Source: Zygnema circumcarinatum SAG 698-1b (Eukaryota > Plantae > Zygnematophyceae). Taken from it: a stretch of DNA of 64,000 bases. A model generated the notes under the pieces. It had not been told where the DNA came from. It worked only from the letters and a program-made list of their open reading frames with translations, and searched no databases. The stretch spans positions 2,976,001-3,040,000 of the forward strand of contig CM074808.1 in NCBI GenBank assembly GCA_037447605.1, given 5' to 3'. Positions 11,768-24,269 of the stretch are shown here, one piece after another. Both the position numbers and the translations under genes were made by a program. Position 1 is the stretch's first letter; the number at the start of each line of letters is the position of its first letter.

Positions 11768-11953
11768 TCACTTTCCCTCGTCCGGATCTTCATACATAGG
11801 GTCCACCTTCTGAAGAGGCGTGGGATACCAGCTTGCCACATGCTCGCCTATGAGCTTGCTGCGCAGCACCTTGTGCCCTGACCGCAGCCCGTTCCCAATG
11901 ACATTGCCGAATATGCGCGCAGACGCCTCCACAGCGCCCCGAAGGTGCGCCAT
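11768..11953 (-). CDS. MRPS33: Mitochondrial ribosomal protein S33 (mS33/RSM27), first exon; 3' exons unresolved
   Basis: SARIFGNVIGNGLRSGHKVLRSKLIGEHVASWYP matches the mS33 signature (ARIFG...RSG.K.L.....G..vasWYP). GTGAGT donor follows. Confidence 0.8.
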   Translation of the reverse strand: MAHLRGAVEASARIFGNVIGNGLRSGHKVLRSKLIGEHVASWYPTPLQKVDPMYEDPDEGK

Positions 11954-12550
11954 GGCGGGCAGGTGCTGCTCCGCTTTCCTGCAGGGCAAGGCCGAGTGGA
12001 GGAGAGGGCGGGCCTGAGGGCTTCCGCGGAGGGTTTCATTGCAAGGAATGACGAATCACGAATCGCCACGTCGGACAAAGTGCACACGTGGCAACGTGAG
12101 ATTGGTTGAAGGTGTGGTTCTATACAACCGTAGAAGGTTTTGTTGTATGGCAAAGGCTTCCAGGCAGCGGTTGTTGGCTTTTGTGGGACCAACGTTTGGC
12201 AAAAGAATATCAAAAGAATATGGAAGGTCACCAAAAATGGAATGCTTCCAGTGGCCGCCAAAAGATGAGGAACACGCTCAAACAAAGCTGTGAGTGAGGC
12301 AAGAGAGATTCAGGATACGCACTACCTGCTTCACTCAGGAATTGCAAACATGTTCACGTTGGCGTATAAAAAGAAAAAAATGGACTGCTCTACCTAAAGG
12401 CACATGATACATTTGCATTGCGTTGAATGCGCTGCCAACAAGCGCGTTGCCTATTCTCGTACCGCCTATTCTCGTACCGCCAATCTCCCCTCAAAAGAGT
12501 GCGGTCATCCGACAGAACTGCTTGACTGCCTATGTGTGGAGAACCAATGC

Positions 12551-15500
12551 TTAGCTACTCACGATGTTGGGGATGCCTTGAAGCTTTCCATCATACAAAA
12601 TGGTCATGCTGGTGATTGGGCATCCAGCAACCTTCTTGGCATACAACTTCCACAATAGATGCATGCAGCTCCACGGATGTACAGTATTTGAGGGGGCAAT
12701 AAGTCACAGGGTGCAGTAGGGGTCCCTAGAGCGGGCTCCCCTTTGGTCCTAGTTTTGAGGCAGGGCGCGAGTGAGGCCCTCATCAGCCATCAATAGAAGG
12801 CTCTCCAAATCCACGGACTTTGACTGCAGCCGCTCATTCAACGTGGCCTGCAAGCAGATTTGAAGGTACCGATCGGTGAATTGCATTGCAGTCGGACACA
12901 AACTTCATGGTCTGCATAACCACGTCAAGGACACTCAAGGGACATACAGTTGCCCACTTACGAGTAGAGTTTGGAAGCAGTCCGACTTCTGTTGAGGAGG
13001 CAGCTCAGAGATCGAGCAAACACGCAGAGGAGGTCCGCTTTCCGGCCACTCAAGACCGGTCTCGATGAGTATAACCACGCAATTGAGCCATGTGGCGCTA
13101 ACACAATCTGGGCCATCCAGCTTCACCACATACCTGCCATATGGCGTCCACCAAAGAATAAACGGAGGAGTCAAGGTCATAACGGGCACAAGGGTCCTCG
13201 CTCTTTTTCTGTGTCAGCAGGTAACAACTACACTGGCAAGTGATAGACAACAGGGGAACACTTGTAACAGCAGAATTTGCAGCATATTCTGCGAGAGTAG
13301 CACTTAGTGATATCAGTTGCTTCACATAAAAGGAGAACTTGGGCCTACCGTCCCGTGCTTGGAAATTTCAGCAGTGCACTTTTGCGGGCCTCTGTCACAG
13401 TGATGCGCTGCTTCAGCTCTCTCAGTACATTTGGAAGCTGCCTGCTTTGGAAACGCAATGGCGAAATAGTTAATCATAGCAGCCATAACTATGGCCAATA
13501 GTGTAATTTTCAAGTAAAATGATCGAGATACAAGAAATTCAGGGAGGCCAGGCCCGTTTGATTTTATCTTAAACAAATGAGGGGGGAACTACGCTAATTC
13601 CTTTACCCATTCGTCTATCATGACCGACTCATAATCACCACAAGCATTTATAGCAGTCTGGTGCCGATAGCTTGAGTTAATTTAATAAACTGCGTTTGTA
13701 CAGCTTGATGAAAAGTTTAAGGATTTCCTGACAGGTATACGATACTCACATATGAGTGATAGTTGCAGCCTCCACAATGTCCTCGATATACACGTCATCA
13801 TCTTCCACCTTCAGCAAATGCAGCCTCCTGGCACACACCAGTCAATACTTGGTGAAAGTACCGTTTTCAGACATTGGACAAAGACAACAAAAATATTTGA
13901 AGGGGAGGAAAAAAAAATACCTTCGCCGATACAAGATGCTCAGCACTCGTGTCAACCATTAGGTGGACTTTGCGCTCGATTGTTCCTCTTGAATTTTGGT
14001 GACAGAGAACCGTCAATTGCAGCTCCCCCTGAGACGCATGTGTTACAGTAATACCGCCCAGTGTCTCAAGAAGCTTTTTGATATCTTCTGCCCTGCAGAA
14101 AAACGATTCAAAAGTTTCAAAAAGCGGTAGAACTACGAGTCACTAGCGTGACAAGGGTTAACTTTCCATGCTTTTATACAAACAAGTACACGGGCATGCT
14201 TGAAATGTAGAGTGCACAAGGATCTTAAGGGCTCAAGGATGGAAAAGCACCAAATTTTGCTAGTGTTTTGCATTTGCATGAGTTGCTTCTTCTCCTCTTC
14301 CAGAACCTTGACTTTTTCTGCCACCTGCGAGATCTGTCAGAAGAAAATGGAGAGGAGAGGAATTGCATCAAACTCAGTGGATGAACACTGTAAGTCGATG
14401 ACATCTGCAAAGCTCAAACCGACTGGCATTTGAAGACGAAAACACTGAACATAGCTATGCGTCAAAACTCTGTGGTAGTCTGTCTGTTGACTCCAATAAG
14501 CTAACTGAGTGTCAATGCATCCTCACACGCCAAATGTCATGGAATGAAGGGCACTGCTAACCTGTGCCTCAGTTGTCTCCGCTTCATGTGTTTTATGGCC
14601 AATGGACTCTGACACTGTTCTGAATTCCGCCTCCAGCATTGATAATACTTGGTTCTGCCATTATTCACATTTTACACCATTTGCGTCAGAAACTTGATGA
14701 TCAGCCTTGCCATGTGAAACGTGAAACTATGCGATGTCAAGTGAATACACTGGTTTCATCTACCTCCCTCCCTACCTGCAAAACTTCATCACTTGCAAAA
14801 TCCATTTCTGCCCCGGGTCTTTCGTGAATGGAGAAGTTAACACGAACTCGTGAAGTAGCCACTATCACAAAGCCTGTGTCTTGATGGTTCTCTTAGCTAT
14901 TGGGGTCAGGCGCTGTCCCGAAATTTACATTGCTTTAGGAGAGATAAGTCGTTTCCTAAAATAAATTCAACTCATGCAAGCCACGATATTTCAATTGCCT
15001 TGTATTTCCAACATGTCGAATGATGAACTGACTAGATTTATATAGGTCTACAAAATGTATTGATAGAGCAACTAGCGGGAGGAAGATACGACAGGAATGC
15101 AGAATTCGGCAGGCAGAATTTCAGTCTAATGCACTTTGACAACAAATAGTGAGAGGGAAAGGTTGTAAAGCAAAGTTAGGGAACGGGATAAAAAAGCGAC
15201 ACGAAAGTGTAAGAGTGTGCGCAGCGACTGCTCACCTCTGCCGCTTCGGCCTCTGCGTTCTGTTGTTCGAGCCTTTCCGTTTCCTGTCCAGGCGAACACA
15301 AACGCTGCTGAACTGTTTTGTGGAGAAAGAGCACTGCTGCCTCAGGTAATGCAACCCCAGTGTGGACCTATGCTTGGGTGGTAGGAATGCCACTGTAGGA
15401 GGCAGAGAAAAGTCCCACTCAAACCAGCAGAGAAATGGTATCTGAAAACTGCTAACAACAAAAGGTCACTTAGTTGGTGCCAAACCTCACCTCTTCAGCT

Positions 15501-17870
15501 CTGCTTATCTCCGCCTCGATTGCAATCAACTTCTCCAGCTGTAATCAGAAAACAGCCCTCATCAGGACAGACTCACAAATAAAGAAAACAAGCCCTTTGA
15601 AGCTTTTCTTTTAGATAAATCATGCTCCTTGTATGAAGACCTCGTGAAGTTACTCCTGGTATTTAACCATATCTAGATGGCCTAAGATGTACCAAAATAC
15701 GCAATAATAGTGTTTTGCAATTCCCTTTCCAGTCCTTGTTCCAAGCTCACTCCGTCAAGTGCGCAAATCACCGCTTTTGTGGTGAGGAAAAGTAAAACTA
15801 AGGACCTTTAGCTTCCCAGACCAACCAGCGAGGGTTCATTGACACATCGCTTGCCTACCTGCACTTTCCATGTATTGAGCCGCCTTTCAGCATCAACTTC
15901 GCACTTCTCCATTTCCGCAGCATCTGGTTGACAGAAGGAACAACATATCATCGAATGCGTTTCAATGAAGATCCGAAACCCGTAGAGGCAGAATAAATGG
16001 GCGCATACCTTCTCTCATACGTGACAATAGTTCTGCATTTCTGCTCTCCAGGCTAACCGATTGCTCACGGACGGCTTGCATATAAACGCGCTGATTCTCA
16101 ATCTGCTGCTCTGCATGTGTAGCAAAAACGATTGGTTGTGAACACCAAATCAAGAAACGTCAGCAATTAAAACAAGGCCAGCAAACTCTTGAACGATTGA
16201 TGTCCACCCTTCTGAGCTGGTATGTTGACGTGACGAAGATAAGTACACAACTAAAAAATAAATGCTAGTTCAGACACTGAATAGCTCTCATTCTGAACAG
16301 CCCCTCAGTATGCATTAATGACATACAAATCAAAATACAAATACAAATACATATCCCAAAATAAGGTGTATAAGACAAAGTTACAGCAGATAGTGATCGA
16401 ATGAATTGTCCCGATTCCAGTTTTATAGGTTTATATTAATGATCTCTCGCAGTGCAAGTAGGATTGCGTCATTCAGCTAGTTCCAGAGGATTGCAAGGGC
16501 CCATGCGTTCCATCTTATAGAGCGCAGATGCGAAATAACACGTTTTAAGACTCGATTTTTTCCATATCTTCTTCCTTGGTAGGCTTCCAGACATTGCTGA
16601 AACACTATAGCCGAAATCGCAGCACGGAAAATGTACAATCTTCTCAGGACAGGCCGATGATTTCCTTTGTCTTATTAGAACGACAAAGCTAACCAGCTCT
16701 TTGTGACGAAGCTAGCAATAACGAAATGCCAGGTTAACAAAGATCAAGTTTTTTACCTGAAAGGGCAATGTCTTCTGCATAGGTCCTCGCTGACTGAGCT
16801 TCTGCGAGCTCCGTGGCGAGAAGCCTTGCGAAAGCATTCTGAGTTGTTAAATCCACGAGGTCCTTCTCAAGTTCTGTCAGCTCATTCGTGTACACCTGAC
16901 AAGCACCAGCATTCATTCTGGGTGAGCTATAGAACGACATACCATAGGGCTACATAGGACACCGGAAGTGAATGAGGGTGCCAATCAGAGACAAGTATTT
17001 TAATGAAGTGGCATCTGTTCCAAATGTGCTGTGAATTCTGAAAACCCTATCGTTCAATACAATCGAACGCGCTAAATGGGAATTTGAGGCATACATCTGT
17101 ATGAAACAACAACAGGAACAGGAAGGCCAGATGTGACTAACAATGCCAGAAAAAAACTATACAAAAATGTTTCTTTGTCAGGTATGAGCATACAGTCTTT
17201 AGTTTTGGGAGCCAGGGAGCTTAAAGAACAGCTGACTGCATTTCGTTCTTGAATTGGTACGTAGCTTTAAACCCAAGTAGACTTAACATCACCAGAAAAC
17301 AGATTTACTCAACAACAATTTCAGCCACACAGGCAAGATCGTCGAAGAGTAAAGCGAAGGCGAAAGCGAAAAGGAGTATAGAATGCAGAATATGCCATTG
17401 CTGACTCAATTTTGTTAATGCCACTTGCCGTTGCAGTTTTAGAAAGCTTGGATGGTCTGCATTACGCACAGATAACATCACAGAGGGCTTACTTCTTCGT
17501 AGCTGCGATCCAAGCCCTTAAAATCATCTTCAGGTTGCACATATTTTGGATGTGCCTTCCACTGCACAGCCAGTAGTAGGTGCAGGGGAGAGTCATGGTC
17601 AGCGATGATTTATGAATACCAGGAATATTCAAGGAGGAGAGCAGAAATATTTCCAAATCGTTTTCTGCGAAATAAATCTCGCTGGTAGCAGAATGCCACA
17701 CCCTATTTTCTTGACAGATTTCAAATGAAACTATTGCAGCCTCTGAAAGGCGAACTTTAAACTTGAACAGTCAAGTAACTTGACGAAGCCCGCCTTCATA
17801 CCAGCGCAAATTCTTCCTGAAACCTTATTATGGCCTTCTGGAGCTCAGCTGCACTCGTTTCGGGCGCCAT
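12551..17870 (-). CDS. Multi-exon coiled-coil protein with RWD-like C-terminus, possibly kinetochore ZWINT1-like
   Basis: ATG at 17870 (MAPETSAAELQKAIIRFQEEFAL), many short heptad-rich exons, then KVHLMVDTSAEHLVSAK/VEDDDVYIEDIVEAA/QLPNVLRELKQRI. This resembles the D.YI.DI.EAA segment I recall from plant ZWINT-like proteins. The 3' end is approximate. Confidence 0.45.
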
Positions 17871-19285
17871 CGTTCTCTCTCCCTTGATTTCAAACAGCAA
17901 ACGTACCCTTGCACTTTAGACTCCACCCAAATTCATGGCCTGCAAAGAAGCATACCTATGACTATCTTGACGGCTAAGGAGACACTGCTTAATATGATAA
18001 TGCTTAAACTGAACGATGCGTTGGAGACCGCAAGACGAAAAAGCACAAGCAAGGGCTGCCTGCAGGCTTAGGCCTGGGCCTGCCTTCCTGGCTGGCTGTG
18101 GCTGTTGGCGAAAATTTGAAACCGAGGGCGGGAACGGCGCCACCTGCTGCCAACGGTCGCACGGTGACACATGGACATCGTAGAACGGCGAACGTTTAAC
18201 AGAGACGCAGTCACGTTGCATATACTGCAATGACGATACGATCAGGTACTAGTCGATACTAGCCGGTACGAGCGATTGGCGAAAACTCGGCAGGTAGACA
18301 ACGGCATCCAACGGTCGTCGACGATGAGTGCCACGTGTCACACATCTAACCGTTATTTTTCAAAAAGGTCAACTTGCGGCTGAGATTTATCCAGCGTGGC
18401 ATTCTTTCCATCGGACGGCTCTGGAATCTCCAACTGCTCAGCAAACCTGTTCCGTTTTAAATAGAATTTAACGGCGAACAGAACTGCGCAGCGCGGAACG
18501 TGGTCCGAGCGGATGCAAGCGACCGGCGCTCGAGAGGGCGCCCCTCTTCGCCCTCGCCCTCTCCCTCCCCCCACTTTCGCTGGGGCCATGGCTTAAGCAG
18601 TAGCTCTCCCTGGTATTTACCATGTTTCTTTTCTGCGCTGCTGCGACCTTCTCTGTGGCTGCGGGCGGTGTAGCGCTCGTCCCGCGGCTCGACTGCGGCA
18701 GCTGACTGTTTCCAGTTATGGCGATAACTGCAGCAGGGCATCATCTTCTCCCCCACGGCTTTCTTGCTGCCCCCTTTATTTCCGTCTTCTTCGTTCCCTT
18801 ACTTTTCGTCAGCCTAATTCCGACGCCTGCATGCAAAGCGGAGGCCGCAAAAAGAGCATTTCTTATCCCAAGGTGAAGAAAACGGGAATATCGACGTCCT
18901 TTGACCGAGGTTCTGAAGAAAATTGCTGGAAAAGTATGTCAGGAAGATGGTAGACAATAATTTGAAATTTGCAGTCTCGTTGCGCTGCCATTAACAGTTG
19001 CGTGACAGCCCTCCAAAGTAACTGGTTGGAGGAACAAGAAGTTCATTCATTACGATTGAAGACTATAATGGGCCGTGGTCTTAGCCCTGTCGTTAGTTTT
19101 ATTTTAAAGGCCAAGGAATTCATTTTGCAAATTTTCGCATTCTTGGGCTTCTATCATCAACCTCAATGTTTGCATGGCCTTCCTTGGCATGTTAAAATCC
19201 ATTAGCATGAGCTGGATTCAAAAGCTCCATTAATAATCCTTTTAACGATAACTCCTTCGCATGGTATGATAATGATGAGCCCTCT

Positions 19286-22200
19286 CTATTCGCCCTTGAA
19301 TGCAGGAGCTCGCTTCTCCTTGAAAGCCTGAAGTGCCTCCACTCGATCTGTGGTTGGAAGCAGCTGCGCATAGCAGGCTTCCTCTATGGCCAAACCGGTC
19401 GACACATCCGTCTCAATACCTCGGTCAATGGCAGTTTTTGCCATGCGAATAGCGATGGGGCCCTGCCACGCGCGCGAGCCAAACAAGGGATCAGAAAATA
19501 TAATAAGAATTACAATAAGGACACATTGCTATTCGTAGGAGAGGCCTTACCCCTTGTTCAATCTGCAAGGCCACCATCAATCTGGTACATCATGCAGCTT
19601 GACACGTGCATCGTTCTAACAAAGGCTTAAGGCAGCAACAGCAGTCTCCTAGTCCGCTTCCTATGGAGATTTTGTCCATAAACTAGAAACCAGAATCAGC
19701 ATGTTTAGGCACACAAGACATTAAATTTTCAAATGCTGGTGGGTAGTTCGATGACTTTATAAAGCATAGACTTTCAATTTAATCTAATGGCCATCATGAT
19801 TCTAGCTAGATACTGGGAATGATTATAGTGAAGGTAAACACGTCCTTGCAGGCGAGGGAGAGTCGAGGGATGTGCTGAGGGAGTGAGAAATAGATCACAA
19901 TGATTAGGCAAACTCACCCGTGTCAAGATCCTACGAGCAAGCTCCATCGCTTTCTCATACGCTTGACCAGCCGCTACAGTGTGATTGACCAATCCTGGCA
20001 AGGTTGTCAAAACAGCCAACTCTGATAAATGATCCCCATAAGCTGTGCAGTAGTAGAATACGGCATGAGGAAAACATCCACTCCCTTAGCGCGTAACAGG
20101 AGATTGACAACCATACTGAGACGTTGGAGATGACTGGGCGACAGTGACTATTTACTATCTATGCACCTACATCCAACAACTCCGTTCAGTTCATAGTTGG
20201 ACTGCATGCATTGCCACTTTAAAGTCCCACCACCACCCAGCCTGCTAGCCCCATCCATAAGCTCCATCTCCCTAACGTCCCTACCTATGCTTGCAGCCTT
20301 GTGCGCATCAACTGGGAGCCCTGTGAAGATAAGCTCCTTTGCAACTGCTTTGCCAATAATGCGTGGCAGCCTCTGAGTGGCTCCCGCCCTGCAGCCGACC
20401 ACAAAGGCATCTTCAGCCATATTGAGTTTGAGTGCACAGAAAGAAGCGCCTTCAAACCTGTCGATAAACGAGCAACGAAGTACACTAAAGAAAAGCGATA
20501 TATTACATGAACGAGGGCCAAATCGCTGAAGCTGCTATTGTTGCGTGAAATCAGACCCCTTTGAACTTTCTTTCTTTCATCACTCTAATCTTATAATCAG
20601 TTATAACTCTTGACTCAATCTCTGCTGTTTCCATTCACATACCCTGGAATTATGGCAAGGCCTGTCTCCGGCAGTCCGAACTCTGCCTTTTCATCTGAGA
20701 ATCGTCATCAGAAATGATTTGCAATTAATAATCCAAAGAAAGACTATCGATGCAGACAGCATGGTATGCTTTCCTCAGAAGTGCTCAGAAGTTCAAGACT
20801 GGTTTGCAAAGTTGAACAATCGAAGAAACGAGAACATAAGTTGGCCAGCACCGTATAGAATATGTTGGCTGGGCCAAAGGTTAGAAAGCTCTATAATCAT
20901 TGTATGACTTCACGCTTCATACACAACCCATCACCAAGATGCCTCACTACATATTTGGCGACCGGAAACTTAGTAAAACGTGTAGTTGAGAAATGTGCGC
21001 AACGATATTCACACACAATCTGTGGAAGTTAAAAAAAGAAAAATGACTCGTAGTACTGTACGTGGAGCAGAATCTGAAGAATTAGGAAACCAGTAATAGA
21101 ATTGAGAAAGGAAACTGAAGGAGTAAGCCAATCTACCTGCTACTCGAAGGTCGCATGCAAGTGCCAATTCACAACCTCCTCCCAAAGCCTTTCCTTCAAC
21201 GACGGCAATAGATGGAATGGGCAAACCCTGCAGGCCATATAGCATTGACAGCTAAGGATGATCTGCGGAGGCCTGCTGATTGAAAACGCAAACGTAGAAT
21301 ACTCCGAAAGGGGTTTTTTGTAATGGAGAAAACAAAGAAACGGAATGGACACGAAGGATAGAAGGAACCACCTCTGCTTCCTGAACTCGTAATGCTCCAA
21401 CGCAGAAAAGAAAAAGCCCCCGTGCCAATGAGGCAGGACACAAGCGACAACCACTTTTCATGATGGCGAGTTGTAAAACAAAACTAACTGATAAAAGTTG
21501 ACATTGAGAGCTAGTGAAAACTTGATGGTAGGCTTGAAACATTGACATCTCAACAGTTCACAGCACACTAAAAAGCTGGCACTTAATAGATGCATAAGTT
21601 TTCGAAAAAAATCACCTCAGGATCGGACCCTGGCGGAGAAAAGCAGAGGTACAGAGACATGACGAAGCTCATTATGATTCACCTCTAAATCAGCGTAAGT
21701 GCCCCTCAGCTTCTGTACAAAACGTTGCACTTGTGATGCTGTCTGTTCGTGACGTTCCTGCAGGGCACAGGAAGGCAGCCACAAGGTTGATTTTACGAAT
21801 AGAGATCAGCTGCCTTAATTGGGAATGTCACCTCCTTGTCACAGAAACCGTTCACATACAAGGGAGATTGCCTGTTTTAGCTATAAGTCAACACATTTGG
21901 CCCGTGAAGTGCACTAGTGAATACTGGCTCGCCGTCAACGCCTCAATTTATGTATTACACACAACAAAGGTGCGAGGTGAAGGAGTAGATATGCTCTCTT
22001 TGCATTTATTGGCAGTGATCAATCTGCAGATAAACATGATCGGAACAATGCACACAATATTGGTCTGTCATTTTCTATTCGACATATTTCCGTAGGATGT
22101 GGGGATCCTAGAATAGAAATAGCTTAAGCGAGCACCAGCCGATCAGGGGTCGTAATGAACTCCGTGCAATGCATGTCCGGTAAGCTGCACGGATGTCCTC

Positions 22201-23557
22201 AACTTGGCTATGATTCTTCAAACTAACAAAAGAATCATCAATAGTGCTACTTTTGTTAATCTTGTGCTCAGAATGGTTTTACATTTAATCGAATTGATCA
22301 TGGATGCTCATCGACCTCAAACATTTTATTTTTTAATGAAAGTTGGTTGTGCTACCAACCTTAAGATCAGCTCCAGCACAGAAAACTCCAGCGACAAGGC
22401 TACGGAGGAGGATAACTCGAGTTAATGGATCGCTTTCGGCTTCCTCCAGCGCATCTTGTAGCTGACTTAAAAACATCTTCCCAATAGCATTCTTGCGCGC
22501 TGGGCGGTTCATCGATATGACAACAATTCCTGCCATAAGTTTTTACTGGTTTTGTGAGTACTTGAAGGGCTCGAAACTAGAATGTAAAACAATAACACGT
22601 TCATATCATTACGCGTGCGAGCACGGCGACAGCAAGATGGTTAGAATGAAAGCAAGCTTATCAATCCACAGGCAACAACAAAAGAATACAGCGATGACGG
22701 GCCAAACTCGGTAGTTTGAAATAGAAGTTCAGCATTGGAAACATGATAATGCATATCGTTGACTTTACAGGGATCGGTCCCATTCAGAAGCTTTGTGAAA
22801 CTATCATGGCTTATCTTCATTGTCCACGACCAGGCTACGAGTCCGTACTTTGAGAAATTTTCAATACAGCACTTCTTTCCTTCTTGCTGGTAAATGTTCA
22901 CCATACTCATTCATACTGGAATAATGCTCCGATGCTTCCCCCTTTACACAGGAAGTGAGCAGCCCTGGGGTGCTCACTGGAACACTTGACTCGTAATCGC
23001 CTTTTCTTTCAAGCAAGACCCACGCACAGGTATTCGCAGTTTATTACACAAAAACTGCAGCGAGTAGACTAGGAGAAATGGAACTGCATTTCAAAGAATT
23101 AAGTGATTTCACTGAATTGAATTAGACCTTGATATCGAGCTGCACGTTCGTGCTTCTCAAGTCAGCAAAAGGATTTTCATGGTCAAAGAAGCGTGCCTTT
23201 ATTTTCACCACTCAGTTTTTCTATAGAGACTTCAAGTTCAGCACTTTGTTCATGTATTCGCCTACACGGTCCAGAGGCCACCGCAGAAAAAGCTTCTTGA
23301 TGCGTCACAGAATGGTAGGCAAATGAACTTAGAAGCCGTCCATATTTCTTGCCGCAAATAAAGCCTTCAGAGTTTGGAAAATCCTTCACAGGGTTCGATG
23401 TTTCAATTACATTTACAGGAGGAGGAATAGATGGGAGTGAACATTGGCGAGAAGAAGAGAGCATTCTTGCAATACGTGAGAAATTACGACATGTCTTCTG
23501 AATATATAAGCTGTCTGAGGGGACAAATAAGCGAGAAATCAGGATGCGAGGCTCCAT
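19286..23557 (-). CDS. Mitochondrial enoyl-CoA hydratase / methylglutaconyl-CoA hydratase (crotonase family, AUH-like)
   Basis: Exons [18 protein letters not shown]...[60 protein letters not shown] and [15 protein letters not shown]...[12 protein letters not shown]. Presequence-like N-terminus. Confidence 0.9.
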
Positions 23558-24269
23558 GGCTGCCCCTTGCAAGCTGCAGCCCAGGACTGGAGCTTCACTA
23601 CTTTAAAGTTTTGCAAACCAAGTTTCCCAGAACAAACGGGCAGGAGGTGAAACATTTACGTCCCAGAAAAAATGATTTTTGGCTACTGTACATTATAGTA
23701 CAGTACGGTCAGAAAAAAATTTGAGCGAATGTTTTCGGACGGAAATTCGTCGTAGAAAAAATGTTCCCATACTCGTTTTGTTGAAACTTTCGGGGTCCGG
23801 GCAGACGAATGTATTCGGTTTTAGGGTTTTTAGAATTTTTAGTTTTCAGTTTTTAGCAGAAGCAGTAAGTTCTTAGATTTTTTAAGTTAAAATTTAGAAA
23901 TTTCGGAATGTATTTAGTAGGAAGGTCAAGATTTTTCATACCGTAAAAAGTTTTTTCGGAATACATATTTTTACGGTTACGTTTTTTGGAGACCAGATTA
24001 GAAATAAGTTTTACTTTTCTGCCAGTGCCACGTAGGCTTGATTTTTGGGACTCCTTTTGGGCGGTTTTTGGTTCCAAATTTTTCTTTCTTCAGTGAGAGG
24101 GGCGAGGGTCAGCTGGTCTGCCTGCTTGCCTGCATGGCCGCAATTTAGGGCAGACATTTCCCAGTTTGACATTTCATTTTTTTGTTTTGTGAGTAACAGG
24201 AGGAAGGGAAGCTCTACACACCACGTTTCTGCAAACTGCTTGCTGCTTCTGACGTGGTTATTACTTCCA

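Noticed and set aside
12448-12481. 15-bp tandem duplication GCCTATTCTCGTACC
   Set aside because: Isolated slippage-type duplication with no further structure.
18353-18756. Short GC-rich ORFs between the ZWINT-like and hydratase genes
   Set aside because: No domain or splice support; looks like promoter or UTR-type sequence.
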